Shown here piece after piece: positions 41,460 to 55,790 of a stretch of DNA of 64,000 nt. Source of the DNA: Eledone cirrhosa. Its lineage: Eukaryota. Positions within the stretch are counted from its first letter, which is position 1. Each line of letters begins with the position of its first letter. The notes under the pieces are model-generated. The model did no database searches and was not told the DNA's origin. It saw nothing but the letters and a program-made list of their open reading frames with translations. Position numbers and translations under genes: made by a program. The stretch lies in contig OZ024742.1 in the NCBI GenBank assembly GCA_964016885.1, positions 249,488,001-249,552,000 of the forward strand, written 5' to 3'.

Positions 41460-41900
41460 CACATGAAAAGGATATCTTGACGGAATTGCGATTGAATATT
41501 TGACTATATATATGTTGTGGTGGGAAATGTTTATTTATTAAAACTACAAACTTCTTACCTACATTAGCTTTTACTTTAAGAGAAAAGGGGCGTTGCAAGT
41601 CAGATAATTCTTTTTTTTCTGTTAATATTTTTAGCATGCATTAGGACTTAAAATTTAGGTTGATTCAAAACTTACTAAAGCAAATTTCCTTGGTGTAAAT
41701 TTACACCTAGCCACAGGGTCGTATACACCTTACCATAAGCCTATCGAAAAACTGACCTATATTAAGAAAACCGCATAACACACAACTGCTGTTTTTAAAA
41801 ACTTACATTCTAATATTAGTCGTAGGATATCAAATCCATCAGCAACCAGAGAAATTTTCGATAAGGCAGAGCCTTACTAAATCCAAGTCCTCTAGATAAG
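41460..41900. pseudogene. Nematis-like PLE remnant in two oppositely oriented pieces
   Basis: Minus 41460-41637: PFSLKVKANVGKKFVVLINKHFPPQHIYSQIFNRNSVKISFSC. Plus 41645-41880: NFLGVNLHLATGSYTPYHKP...SNISRRISNPSATREIFDKAEPY. Confidence 0.8.
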
Positions 41901-43077
41901 GACAAAATTATGTACACATACAATCCTTCCTAGCCTAACCATACTATAAGCGTCTGAAGATACATCATAATTGTGATAGCTTTTGTATTCGGAAGGTGCG
42001 GTAAATATTAGGCAGCGCCTTTCTTCTATGTATGAACATAAATAAATATTATATATATATATATATATTGGAAAATGTGTCAGATCCTTGATACAGTTAG
42101 GTATATTTGAAAAAAAAGGAAAAGAATGACTTCACTTGTAGTGTTAAAAAAGTTTTGATTGAATTTTATAATATCATAATATTATGAGTTGGTAGATCCA
42201 GTAAGTTCTTTGTTAACTGGACTGTAGAAATATTTACATATAGGGAAGTGAATATGTGAGCCAGCATGTCCCTCCACCCCTACACCCACACTTCCTCTCC
42301 CAAACCAATATCAGCTACACATCTTTGACAAATGTTCCCAAATTATCCTTCTTTTCTCTTTCCTGTCATCCCATTCTTATCAAACGACATGTATCTTACA
42401 CTTCATTAAAACCCAGACAAGCACCTAAATTCATCTTTGATATAGAAATTTGTAGAAGATATTCTTTATGGATTTGGAAGAAGTGATTCAGCTATGCCAT
42501 TATATATTCATTAAAGGTCAGCTAATGAAATAAAGCCAGCAGGAGAGTATGTTTACGACCACCTTCTCAAACACCCTTATCTTACAACCTCACCATTTTT
42601 TGCCTGTATATATATATATGTGTGTGTGTGTGTGTATGTGTGTACGTGTGCGCGTGTGTGTGTGTGTATGTATGTATGCTTTAATTCCTCCGGACCTTCA
42701 TCATCGTCAACACTCACACTCATACACATCAAAATCTCCCTTATATATAGTCACACATTTCAACACAACCTGATCTCAGTTTGACTATCGCCACAGACAG
42801 ACGAATGCGAGAAAGTTCTCCAACCCAAGTTAACCAGGAATCTCTAAAATCCTTCCCACCGAAGTTAACAAAGAACTTACTGGATTATAAAATTATATCA
42901 AACATTTTTTAACACTACAAGTAAAGTCATTCTTTTCCTTTTTTTCAAATATATAGATACATAGATAGATAGATAGATAGATTGAGAGGAAGAGAAAGAA
43001 TGACCCACTTTCATACATACATACATATATATACATACACGTACAAACAAACATACACATATATGTGAGTGTGTGTG

Positions 43078-43112
<35 letters not shown>

Positions 43113-43604
43113 ATGTGTGTGTGTGTATGTGTGAGTGGGTGTATGTGAGGGTGTGGGTGTGTGGGTGTGGGGGGTGTTATATACGTATTTCCATTAACCG
43201 TGTTGTTATTGATATGTTAAAGATATTTCAAACAGTTTTGTTTTTCCACCTCGTGATATCGCTACAGTTCTATGTGCCCTTTGATGAAGACTGCTATAAT
43301 TATGTATTTTAGAACAAATTGTAAAGAATTATTCTATTAAAGTAAATAACACAAAAGAGTGTCGCTAGAATATCTGTGAACAAACAAGTTGAAAGATTTA
43401 TCGAATCTTTGTAAAGATATTTGACTGCACGAAAGTAAATGTAAAACAAATGTCGAAAATATGTATAATATCTATATTAAATATAATAAATATAGTTTAA
43501 ATATTTGTATGGAGAGAACGTTAGAAAAATATAAAGCTTTTCATGTTGTGCCGAGTTGTACTGTGTGTGAAATCAATTATTTACAGTTAGATTTGTGAAG
43601 TGAC

Positions 43605-43835
43605 CTATCATAATGCTTACGGCGGTTCATGATCTTAAATGTTGGGTGTTCGATTCTTACTGGCGCCTTGTGTCATTAAACTAGACACTTGATTTTTCCT
43701 GTAGCTCCCATCCACTCATCTGACAATAATGATTTGTACCCGTAATTCAAATAGCCAGCTTCATCACACACTTTTGCCCGCTGAATCTATTAGAAATTTA
43801 TGTTGAGGGCAAACGTATCCGCGGCATGCTCAGCC
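43605..43835 (+). mobile_element. Family-B SINE (diverged)
   Basis: B-box gttcgattc, body gacacttg..gtagctccca.ccactca, cgctgaatct. Confidence 0.65.
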
Positions 43836-43895
43836 ATGCTTTGTATTCTGTGTTCAAGTAAAGAGAAGATTGATTAAACTGTTCATTAGTAATGA

Positions 43896-45441
43896 CTAGC
43901 AGAATGGCCCGGCGTTGCTCGGGATTTGCTCTAGGTTTCTTTGTTATATATTTATCTTTATCGAGCCTCGTGAGATAAATACGTTTGTATATATTTTGTT
44001 ATTTTGTATGCAAAAATATCTGTACACGAATATATAATTATATATATATATCTATATATATAAAACTGAGGATGTCTGTCTATGTGTGTGTGAGTTTCAA
44101 TGCCGAAAACTCGAGAACCACCGAACCGACTGTTTTCAAACTTTACACATGTAATACTTATGTTTCACGGAGTGTTCTGAGCAAAAGTGTTTTCAAATTT
44201 TCAATGCCATAGGGACGGCATAAGGCGATTTAGCGATCTCTCTCTATAATTCTTAGTCGTTCTCTTTTTAGATAGATACATGCATATAACGCGCACCCTT
44301 ATAATATCTGTTTGTATGTCTGGCTGTCTGCATTACGTCACTTCCCTGAGGATGTATGTGTGTATGTGTGTGTGTGTGAGTTTGAATCCCTAAAACGCGA
44401 GAAGTACCCAACCGATGTTTTTCAAACTTTACATGTGTATTACTTATGTTTGCGGGAGTGTTATGCACATAAACATTCAACATTTTGATCTCCTAGGGCT
44501 CGCATTAGGTGAAAAATTGCGTTTTTAAGCTTTTGGGGGGTTTTTTGAGGCGTTACGTCATACCGATTTCCTTGAAATTGTAACTATGTATTAGTCAGTC
44601 TCTTCTTCATACCGTGAGCAAAGAAAATCAAACTTTTTTATGGCCTAGGGCCCGCATTAGGTGAAAAACTTCTTTTTTCAGCTTTTTAGGGCTTTTTGGA
44701 GGCGTTATCTAGCCTATTTTCCCGAAATTTCAAAGCATATTATGCACATAAAAAAAAATTCAATTTCTTGATTCCTTAGGGCCCGCATTAGGTGAAAACC
44801 CTCATTTTTCCTGCTTCATCGAGGAAAATCTTAAAGATTATCCAGCCATCAGAGTATTCGGTTTATTTTCTTTACATATTGTCCAGGCATGCAGTTTTTC
44901 CACGATTAGGGCTGTTGGCGGCCTGCCTTCCAAAATACCTTATCCCGTGCAACGCCGAGTACCACTGCTAGTATATAATAAAATAACAGATAAAAGTTTA
45001 AGCAAAAAATCGCTGCTTTCATTCTTAACGGGATCTTCTGAAACTAAAAAAATCAATCTGTGAACGCAGAAGTAAATATTTCGAAACACTTTACACGCTA
45101 TATATATATATATACACACACTATATATACATATATCTACACACACACACACATATAGCGTCATAATATCGTAAATCAGACAGCCAGACATATAGACAGA
45201 TATTATAAGGGCGCAACGTTATATCTATGTATCTATCTAAAAAGAAAGACTAAGAATTATAGAGAGAGAGATCGCTAAATCGGCTGATGCGGTCCCTGGG
45301 GCATTGAAAATTCGTAATATCTTTTGCCCAAAATACTCACAGGACGATAAGTATTACATCTGTAAAGTTTGAAAACAATCGATTGGGTGGTTCTCGAGTT
45401 TTAGGAAGTCAGCCAGACATTCTCTGTTTTAGATATATAGA
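43896..45441 (-). mobile_element. Non-autonomous Helitron (host of the nested copy)
   Basis: Minus-strand 3' end cccgagcaacgccggg-ccattctg-CTAG|T at 43896-43923; 45170-45441 is the reverse complement of the family 5' end. Confidence 0.75.
44051..44971 (+). mobile_element. Non-autonomous Helitron nested in the minus-strand Helitron
   Basis: A|TCtatatatataaaactgagg ... cccgtgcaacgccgag...CTAG|T; homologous to 14405-15592. Confidence 0.82.
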
Positions 45442-45599
45442 TAATTAGTTCTAAGATAAACGCTAGGACAAGTAAAAGACACGGTTTACTGCAGTAGAGA
45501 AAAATAATAAGGAAAAGTGTTGGATCATTTGTCTCTTAATTGTTGATACAACTATAGCTAATAAATACTATCATAAGGATATGGTCCGAACGTGGAAGA

Positions 45600-45935
45600 G
45601 CCGAATCCCCACTGTCATCGCCCCCCCATCTCTCTCACCCTCTCCATATTTCTGTATTGTGAGCACGTGCTGGCCTCCTCACAGCCCTGGTGGACAGAAT
45701 GGAGAAGGCGTTTCCCCGGAGGATGGTAAGAGAGATGCGCTGGAAGAGCCATTCCATCTCGCCAGGCTCACACCTGCGGCTGGCCAGATCAGCGTCTATG
45801 GTGGTGAGTAGGGAGGTAGCCCTAGGGCCAAGGACACCAGAAGTCTCCACTGCCAAGGGCACGACCGTAAACCCGTCGGAGAGCGACCGGTACTTGGAGA
45901 GTTTGCCCTCCTCAGCCCGACGTGCAGCAGAAGTT
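45600..45935 (-). pseudogene. CRE-like non-LTR retrotransposon C-terminal restriction-like endonuclease remnant
   Basis: AARRAEEGKLSKY...VVPLAVETSGVLGPRATSLL...WLFQRISLTILRGNAFSIL, the typical RLE C-terminus. Confidence 0.8.
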
Positions 45936-45954
45936 ATTTGAAGAAGTTAGAAAG

Positions 45955-46480
45955 TGGTGCTTTATTTTCGATAAGGGGAAGATAAAATGCAAAGGTGACC
46001 ACAGTGGGATTTGAACTCAGAACGTAAACATCAGGGACAAATACCCGAGTTCAGAATGATGCCAACCCCCCGTTCAATAATAATAATTTTTTGTAACAGT
46101 GAAACAAGGTCAGTGTGTAGCGTGAAGGGTAAAGTCAATTATATCATCCCTAAAACTTAACTCTTACTTCATTTTATCGACCGTGAAAGTAAAACATACA
46201 AAGGTAACCTTGGCGGGATTTGTAAGCAGAACTTAGGAAGTAATGATAATTGTTTCTGATTTAGGCACAAGGCCAACAATTTGGGGAGAGGGAAAAGTCG
46301 ATTAAATCGACTCCAGTCCATGACTGGTACTTTATTTTCTCAACCCCGTTAGGATGAAAGGTAAATTAAACTCGGCGGGATTTGAACTCAGAACTCAGGA
46401 AGTAATAATAATAACGATTGTTTTAACTATAAGCTCAATGTCAGTAATTTTAAGGGAAGTGGAAGTTGATTAAATCGACC
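45955..46480 (-). mobile_element. Cluster of diverged family-A-related SINE fragments
   Basis: Repeated ggatttgaactcagaac, tttattttatcgacc and ggcacaaggcc motifs. Confidence 0.75.
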
Positions 46481-46550
46481 CTATTGTTGTGACATTGTCA
46501 ATCACTTTAATTGTATTTCACAATGCATCTTATAAAAACATTGCTTTAAT

Positions 46551-46771
<221 letters not shown>

Positions 46772-47264
46772 CATATATATATATATACATATATATATAT
46801 GTGTGTGTGAGAGAGAGTTTGTGCGTGTGTATGTATGTGTATGCATATATGTGTGTGTGTATGCTTGCTTGCTCCCTCGCCCCTTCGTCCGACTCCACTG
46901 ATGTCATTTGTACAAAACAAATTGTAAACATAATGCGGTAAGTATTTAGTGAAGTTACCAGCCATATATATATATATATATATATATATAAGTGTGTGTA
47001 TGTGTGTGTGTGTGTGTGTGCGTGTGTGTGTATTGTCTGTTGAAAACTTTAGTAACTAATGTCTAAACAATTAGGTGTTGTGGTGAGAAGCCTTTTCTGT
47101 CTGACACTAATAGTTTCTATCACAACACTTTCATCGTATGATAAGACTAAGACACGCTTCCCTAACTGCAGTCTGTTTACTAACTGAAAATACATTATGA
47201 AAGTTATCTTGACGCGCTTTTCAAATTTGATTGCTTTTCTACTGTCTTCCAGACGCTTAGTGAA

Positions 47265-47490
47265 GACGCCTGGCCTGGTGGTTAGTGTATCTGGCTCTCG
47301 ATCGTAAGGTTGTGTGTTCGATTCCCGGCGTCACGTTGCATTATTGAGCAAGACACTTATTTCGCTTTGGTCACGTTGCTCGAGCTCATTTAATTGGAAA
47401 AAAGAATGAATAGCACTTGTAATTCAAATTGCTAGATTTGTCCCATAATATGTCACGCTGAATCTCTGAGAACTTTATTAAGAGTACCTT
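47265..47490 (+). mobile_element. Family-B tRNA-derived SINE
   Basis: A-box tggcctggtgg, B-box gttcgattcc, ttgagcaagacactt. Confidence 0.8.
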
Positions 47491-49123
47491 AGGCAGGGAT
47501 AATTTACTGTAACCACTGTTTTCCGAAAGGTGTAGACCGACACCAGATACACCCATCTAAATGATCACGGACATACTCACACAGGCATATGCACTCGTAG
47601 AGGAAAGAGTCGATCGTCAGATCAGCCCAAGGAAACTGTGTCTTCATTAATATTTCCTTTGCTGATACTATCTGCCGGTCGCAAATATTAGCAGAAGGAA
47701 GCCGGATTTCCTCTCAGAAAGGCGAGTCGGATAAGTCACCACAATTATCCTGTTCGACTCTTTTATAGCTTCGCAAATCCACTGCCCTTGTACTGGTACT
47801 TTATCCATCGAAAGAAAAGTGCAGAGCTAGAACAATACTGAGTCTTTGAATCTGATACCCACAGTCTCAAGTGAAACACCTTCGAATAGGCGTCCATGTT
47901 TCTTTGTTCATTACAAAGAAAATCATTGTGTACACTTTCTATTAGAGCAGAGCTATAAACTCACGCTCTAGTAAAACACAAAGATGAACGCTACGATACA
48001 TAGACAGCCCACTCTTTCTCACTCTCACTCTGCACATAGTCGTTCTCTAGTCAATAGAGCTTTTGTGTTGTTTGTTTATGGTGGGCTTTCTTTTACGGTG
48101 GAATAACTTCACGTTGATTCATGTGTCACAACTTAGAACAACGTGTTCAATGTTAGATCTTATGAAGGTCGTCTCTGTTGTTGAAGCAGGAAACCATCAT
48201 AAAACCTGTATTAAAACTATTTTCTAAAACACAACACTACAAAGTCAAGTCCTTATAGAAAGTAAAGCGTTGTGACATTTCATATTTTCTTGCTGTCTTT
48301 TTTTTTTTTTGTGTGGGACAATATACACAGAAATGTAAATAATATTGAAGTTACAGTAATCTTAATGCCGAGGCATAACGACTTGGTTAAGGAAATCGCT
48401 TTACAACACCGTGGTTTCCGGTTCAACTCCTCCGCTACGTGGTATATTTGTATATTGGGCAAATCACTTCTACCGTAAACTTCAAACAGGAGTGTATGGA
48501 AACCTGACAGACGAATCGTTCCTGTTCAAGAGTGGTGGAATTTACTTCTCAATTGGTCTACTAGAAACACATGGTATATGTGTGTCTTTAGCGGAATCAA
48601 TTCCGTTGAAATTATTAGTGACAGCTGCTCGGTCTGGGTTAACTCATTTGCAGCCTTCCACCAGTAGGAAACTCGAATATTGAGTCATAGTTGCTGCTCT
48701 TCTCTCGCTGACAAAGTCATTGGTATAAATATAAAATGTTAAAATTCAACAGTATAGATTTTATATAGTATTGTGAAGAATGTGCACATGATATGTTTGG
48801 TAAAGCCGGTACAATGCACATTAAAATAAAAGAGTGAAATCTACAGCACTGTAAAGTAAGAAGAAGAAAAAAAAAACAGTTCCCAAGTGTTCTTAATATT
48901 AAATCAAGTCGATACATATAAGGGATTTCATTTGTTATACAATAGCTTATAGGCAGGTAAATAATATATTGGAGCTCCGGCGATTCAGCTGACGCTATAC
49001 AAGCACAAGCCCCCCCCCCCCCCCCACACACACACATATACATACACACACAAACAAACAAACATACACATTCATAAACAAAATTCCTGTAGTTTTGAAT
49101 TTTGAGGATTGTCACAAGAATAG

Positions 49124-49310
49124 ATGTTTCTACTTTTGGCACAAGGCCAGCAATTATCCCAGTGAATTGCTGGTACTTTATTTTATCGACCTCGGAAGGA
49201 TGAAAGGCTAAGTTAACCTCGGTGGAATTTGAACTCAAACCGTAAAGGGCCGTAACTATGCTGGAAAGCATGGCGCTTGACCCTCTACCGATACTGCCAA
49301 TCCAACGCCT
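49124..49310 (-). mobile_element. Full-length family-A SINE with 15-bp TSD
   Basis: TSD ttgtcacaagaatag at 49109-49123 and 49311-49325. Confidence 0.95.
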
Positions 49311-50185
49311 TTGTCACAAGAATAGTACCAACTGCCATTGATTACTGAGACATCAAGCTTGAATTGCTACTGACAATATTCACTAAACCACAACAAACCT
49401 GCTTTTTGGCGTGAAAATGGGACAAAACTTAGTGTTATCATGTTTGATCACTTGATAACACATGATAACTTAGAGTTATCATGTTTGATCACATGATAAC
49501 TCTAAGGCTATCAAATTAAACTTTAAACTTGAGTCACTTTTCTGCATAAACCCGAAAGAACCATCACACTGCCAATTTCTTTCAGGAATTTTGGAATTTT
49601 GTCTATCTTAAGTGATGTTTACTCATTCACCACCGAGACAAAATACTCTGTTGGCTAGTATAGATTTCTGAAAATATTATGCTTTACGAGATCCTCATGT
49701 CCACATATGGCGGGTTTGAAGGGATGGTATCAATTAGTGATAGCACTAACACAGCGCGATTCAGAATAAAGGCGTTGGTGTTTATATTCCTTTTGTAGGT
49801 AAATATTATTGCGTCTGTATATATGAGAGATGTGTTGAGAGGATATCTGGTCTCCTTGACGTAATAAATATCGTCAAATAGCTAATATTTGATTACAAAA
49901 TGAAACAAATACAACACAAAACAATAGTAAAAAGGACATAAATAGAGTCGGTTAAATCCCGTAATGTTTGATTTAGGAGAGATAGTCTGTTGGTTTCATA
50001 GATAAAGGTGGGCACACCCTTAATTGTGTAATGAAAGAAACAATAGTTCCGGGAATCCGATAACAATTCTAACACATTTTATATATATTCGGTTTTTCTA
50101 GAGTGAGGTGATTTATTTGAAAGAGATGATTTATTTAGTTCTGAATATGAAACCCCCTCCTTTGCATTGCATGTTACCTACATAC

Positions 50186-50227
<42 letters not shown>

Positions 50228-50238
50228 TCTCTCTCTCT

Positions 50239-50306
<68 letters not shown>

Positions 50307-50957
50307 AACATATACAATTGTAGGTGCCATTCATATATCACCTGAGCATGTGGACGCCGTGAAAATTGATGGAAATATTCTAGAGGCACGCAGGTATGAG
50401 AAAACACCAGATGTTGAAATATATAAGATAAAGTTGGTCAACGCTATAGTTTAGTGTCATATATCACTGTTTGAATTAACGAGAGACGTGCTACTTTCAT
50501 TTGAGAAGCAAGACGCTATAACCTGTGATCTCTGTATAAAGGTATTCGTTGGTTATAGCTATTTTACTCATGTGCTTTTATATAGATGTAATTGAACTAT
50601 GTGGGGTATGTATTGGTGTCTAGATACTGTGTGATATATCCTTTGTTGTATAGCTATTTGTTGTATGTATATATATATATAGTCTATATATGAGTTGGAA
50701 CGTCCCAGTGACAACCTATATCAGCCTTTGCCTTTCCCTCGAATAACATCGGTTTGCTGTGGAGCGTGACCTGGATAGCATAGGCAACCGTGCAGCTCTT
50801 CGCAAAATCATTTTGTCCGAGCTTATATATCGAAGGGGAACTTTCTATGTACAAAACACATAGTCATTCGTGACCGAAGGCCACATTTATGTATCTGTAT
50901 GTAGCTGTTTGTTTAAACGTGTCTGTGTTTGTGTTTGTGTCTCGAAGTATTAGATGT

Positions 50958-51013
<56 letters not shown>

Positions 51014-51772
51014 TTCAGGTTATCAATAATGTAGTGATAATATATCGTTACGTTAGAGATGAACAGCGTACGTGTAGGTTTGCTCAACGAGTATAAATTA
51101 TATTCCGGAGAAAATGTAGAAAAGATGAATATAAAATGAAAGTGCTTATTTTTAAAAAGGAATTTATTAGGTATTGACATATGTTTCTGTAACAGACGGA
51201 ATACCTATGTATCGCTGCTTGCGTAATCATATAATGTTAGCAAGTATTCGATAGCAAATGTATAATCAGTTGTCACTTCTTCAGAGATTTTGGATAAATT
51301 GCATAAAATCAGAAAAATTGAAGTATTTATATTAGTTGTAATAGAGGAAGAAGAGAAGGGAGAGTATATGACAGATGGTAATTCAATTTACAGCTAAACA
51401 AGTATATAAAGGGTTTCTAATGAGAATACAATTAGTAAATGGTTGATTTTATCTAAATAAAAATTTTTGGGAGTGCCTATTTTAATCTATACTTGACCAA
51501 TTGAACAGTGGACGGGGCTGGTCATTTGGTGTAGTAGTATTAATCATAAAGTGTCAATTGAGGAAGGGGGAGTTTTCGACTGCTACTGAATAACATTAAT
51601 GCTAGTAGCCAGCTGGTATATGCATTAGGGAATTGAATTAAGAAATCAGAAATCTCATTTTATCTATAGCAGTTTATATTAAATGGTAAATAATAGAAGA
51701 GTTGATAGAATTAAGACTAATAGAGAATGTTAATATGTATTTTGACAATCAAACGGAGATGGAGACAGGCGT

Positions 51773-53665
51773 TCAATCCTGGTAGTATTTGTAATATGAA
51801 AATGTAGATTTTAAGCGATGGTTACAGAATAACGATCGCTCTATTCTGTTATTTAATAAAATGTTTTTGGATTTCATAATACAAAATAATTCCAAATTAC
51901 ATAATTTACAAAATTCGTGTCCGTGGGACTATATGGAGGGGCAGACACTATTATATCCCATTTTAGGTTGAATTGTTGGTTATTTTCACGCAGCTGCCAA
52001 GCCTTGTCTGCGAGTGTTGTTACATAACGCTGGTTTTCATGTTTTATCGAGTAACGATGTCTATAAAGGCGTGATTTGAAAGAGGTGGCTGTAGATCCCA
52101 CATAGTACCACTTCTGTCTATCCGATTCGATAGTACATTTGTATATGATGTTGCGTTCAAGACACTGATTGTTCAACGGACACATTCCTGGTTGGACACA
52201 GTTACAGTTATAATTTTGCGTTGTTGTATTGTCATGGATGGGTTGATGAGGTTGCTTGGGTAGGACAGGATGTTGTTTGTTGTTTTGTGATGTTATAGCT
52301 AATGTTTTACGTGTATTGTTATGTGTTGGAAGGCGTTTATACAACCGTTTTGCGTTAAGCTTTTTTATATGTTGTTCAATATTAGGGGCGGTTGAATATG
52401 AAAGTCGAATAGTGTTAGGGTTTAAGATGTTATTATATTTATGTGATGTTGGAAAGTGTTTTTTAACTAATCGAAAGAATTGTGAGGGTAGATTTGGTTT
52501 TAATAGAGTTGTTATAGACCGGGTTGTACCAAATATACTCTTTACATCGCCTTCTGTTTGGTGCTGTGTGACTATTATTGTGTCTATTGCGGTAGTGAAT
52601 GTATGGTGGTGATTCTGTGCTATTTCTACTCCTATGGGATTTATTTTGGGTGTTTTGGTGATCTTCAACTATATACTCTAGGTGTCCGGCTTTCCTAAGC
52701 GCATCATCATACTATTCGGCATGTTCTTTGAAGGTTTGTTGGTTGGACGACAGGCGGGAGATTCTAAGAGAAATATTTCTAGGGATGGATTTAATTATAG
52801 AGAGTGGATGGTTAGAACTCGTATTTACATATTTAAGGTTCTCATTTAGTTTATGGAACGGTTTAATCGTTTCTGTATTGAGATTCAAAGTAACATCAAG
52901 GAAATTGACCTCTTTGAGGTTATATTCAAATGTAATATTTAATCCTAGTTCCTTAAAAAGCTTTCTGATATTTTTACGCATCCTTTCTAAATTCTGGTTA
53001 TTCATATGCTTAACTAATAGGAGCGCATCGTCACGGTAGATTCTGCCGTGGAGATCCTTGAATTTTCCTTGTAGTCTGTGGGTGATATAAATTCCCACAA
53101 GATCTGTTACTTCCGCCGAATCATTGGAACCCATAGTAATATCAAAATTAGAAGGTCTATCTTTGCGAACCCAGTAGCTATCATCGAATTTAACTATAGT
53201 TTTCCTCGCTTCCATAATAATTTTAATTTCAGCATCCGTAAGGTCGGAATTAGCCTTAGCGAACGAAAGAGCTTCATGTAGAGTATCAGGTGAAATTGAG
53301 GAATAATATTCATCAATATCAAACTGAATAAATTTTGATTTTTTTCTTATCAGTAATGTTATTAAACCATCTTATTGCTTCATGAGTGTTACCCCATAGT
53401 TTAATTTCTACTTTAACCTTAACTTGGGGGATAATTCTGTCTAGTATATATTTGCTAATTTTGCCTATATCAGATTTAGAGGGGCATATAAGTCTAATTT
53501 TAGGGTTAGTATCGAAGTTTACCTTGTGGTCCTTCAGGTTGAAGGATGGTATAGCTGGTGTTAAGGGTTGCGTTCTATCGTCAATACAGAGTTTTTTTAA
53601 CAATTTCACATGCCGAGTTGTTGATGTTTTTAAATGTAGCTTCATTAGTTTTTTTGATTTTATCC
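51773..53665 (-). pseudogene. PLE polyprotein: reverse transcriptase plus GIY-YIG endonuclease (3 frameshifts, 1 stop)
   Basis: LKDHK...RLICPSKSDIGK, FIQFDIDEYYSSI, FDITMGSNDSAEV, IYRDDAL, VNFLDVTLNL, IWYNP, KHFP, CNC..CPLNNQCLERNIIYKC..YYVGSTATSFKSRLYRH, CKLCNLE...CNHR. Shifts near 53340, 52495 and 51912; TAG at 52712. Confidence 0.92.
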
Positions 53666-53675
53666 AATTTATCCA

Positions 53676-53796
53676 AAATCTCTGAAGAAGTGACAACTGA
53701 TTATACATTTGCTATCGAATACTTGCTAACATTATATGATTACGCAAGCAGCGATACATAGGTATTCCGTCTGTTACAGAAACATATGTCAATACC
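53676..53796 (+). ncRNA. Hammerhead motif with long stem II loop in the pseudo-LTR (mirror copy at 51171-51290, minus)
   Basis: CTGAAGA (53682)-a-gtgaca...tgttac-a-GAAAC (53779)-atat-GTC-aatacc; stem I pairing is ambiguous. Confidence 0.65.
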
Positions 53797-53844
53797 TAAT
53801 AAATTCCTTTTTAAAAATAAGCACTTTCATTTTATATTCATCTT

Positions 53845-53965
<121 letters not shown>

Positions 53966-54419
53966 GAGAGAGAATTTGAAGCTTGAAAGCCACGATAATG
54001 CAGGTTTGGATGGAGAATAATTAAATCGTAAGAAACAGGGCTTGTTTTTTACCTTAATTTATTCATATGACCTGGTATTTCGAGATTAATATCTCTTCTT
54101 CCGAGGAAAATAAGGGAGCTATTCTAGTGTCCGATGTGGCTTGTTATACCATGCTGGCCGGAAGTGGTTTCATGATTATTATTATTTATTTTTCTAACCT
54201 CTTTTGTGTTAAAATTAAGGTCGGGACAGGTCAAAGGGGCACAGAGTTGTTTCCCTTTAAATCCGCTTAGTCGCATATATATGCGCTGACACATATATAC
54301 ATATATGTGTGTAAACACGCGCTCAAATACGTAAACACGCATAGGTAGAGTCGTGTAAACACATGAATGCATATACATAATTTCTGACCTGATGGATAAT
54401 GTGTTCGTAAGGGCCTAGG

Positions 54420-55790
54420 TGTGCTCTTAAGTGTCGAGTCCAATAGTTTGGTGTTGTGTACCTAGTTCTATGTTATGTATTGTGTGCTTAGTTCTAATAT
54501 ATTATTGATATGTGGTGTGTTCTGGCTATGATTAATGCTTCCTTAATTCTGAGATTGCCGATGTTTCTTTCTTCTGTTTCAACTTTAACTGATAGTCTTT
54601 AGGTGGTGCTTTTGAATTTCTCTAAGTGTGTCTTGAATAATGAAGCGTTAGTGTTAATGAGTTCCTTAATCCTGATGTGTAGATGTCTGGTGGTACTACC
54701 TTTATAGAAGTTGTCACATTTATCACACTGGACACTGTACAATACGTATGCTTGATTGCATGTGTCTGTGTTATCAATGGGGCAGTTGGCCAGTATGCCG
54801 CATCCGTTGCATTCTCTAGGTCATCTCCTAGATAGTTGTCTGTATAGTGAGAGCCCTAGTGAGCTAGTTGTAAGTCTAGTCCTTCTCTTCAGATGGCCCT
54901 GTGGATGGCTGTTGTTGTGTCATCATTGAAATGTGATAGCTTCAGGAAGCAGGAGTTGGTGGAGTTCGCGCTTCGAATGCGGTGTTTTTCCAATTTCTAA
55001 CGCGGTTCACGGTGGATTTTGGGTAATCGCAATGCTTAAGTACTTCCAAGAAGTGTGTGATGTACGTGTCTTGGTCTCCTGAGGTGCTGCATTTTTTCCC
55101 CATACGTGTCAGTTCGTTCCTTATGTATCTGGACTTGGCACCAAGTAGGAGGGCCGATTTGAAATGGACGAACAGTTCCCTGCTGGCGGATTTTCTGTAG
55201 GAGCTGGTGTGGATGCCACCTTCTTCCGTTACTCCGAGTTTAAAGTTTACCAGGGAGATGGATCCAGGGTCATCAGGGTGTTCCATGTTGAACCTTATGG
55301 TAACGTCCATGCTGGAGAATGCCGTGTATATTTTGTCTGCTTCTTCACAGGATGGTGTAAGGATGAGTATGTCATGTTCATATCGGGTGAAGAAGGCACA
55401 GGAGTGGAAGGTGTTAAGTGCGTGACATTCAAGCTGGTTCATATACGTGATGGCCAGCAGGTCCGATAGGCTGGACCCATAGGTAGTCCTATTGTCTGTT
55501 TGTATGTGTGGTGGTGGAAGGTGAAGTAAATATTATCCACCGTGATAGTTCGAAGCTGGTGTATGTCTGGCGGGTGGAGGCCGTAGCAGTAAATGTTCTC
55601 AGAGACTATGCAGTCAGTCAATAAGTTGACAGATGGGTGAGCGGGGACTGTAGTGTAGAGAGAGAGACAACGTCGAGGCTAAAGGCGTACCTATTGAGTC
55701 TAAGTTGGTCTGGTTGGAGTTGGTGGAGTCTTTGTATAACTTCATCGGAGCTACTGACATGCCTGGAGAAGGTGGTGAATATAGACTTAA
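54420..55790 (-). pseudogene. Decayed PLE (Penelope/Poseidon-like) RT plus GIY-YIG
   Basis: LDVVSLYTTVP, NIYFTFHHHTYKQTIGLPMG, FTRYEHDILI, YRKSASRELFVHFKSA, VLYSVQCDKCDNFYKGSTTRHLHIRIKE. Confidence 0.85.

Noticed and set aside
52712-52714. Selenocysteine or readthrough in the PLE ORF
   Set aside because: The in-frame stop is TAG at a probable Tyr codon, not TGA, and the endonuclease is C-terminal, unlike selenoprotein Naiad elements.
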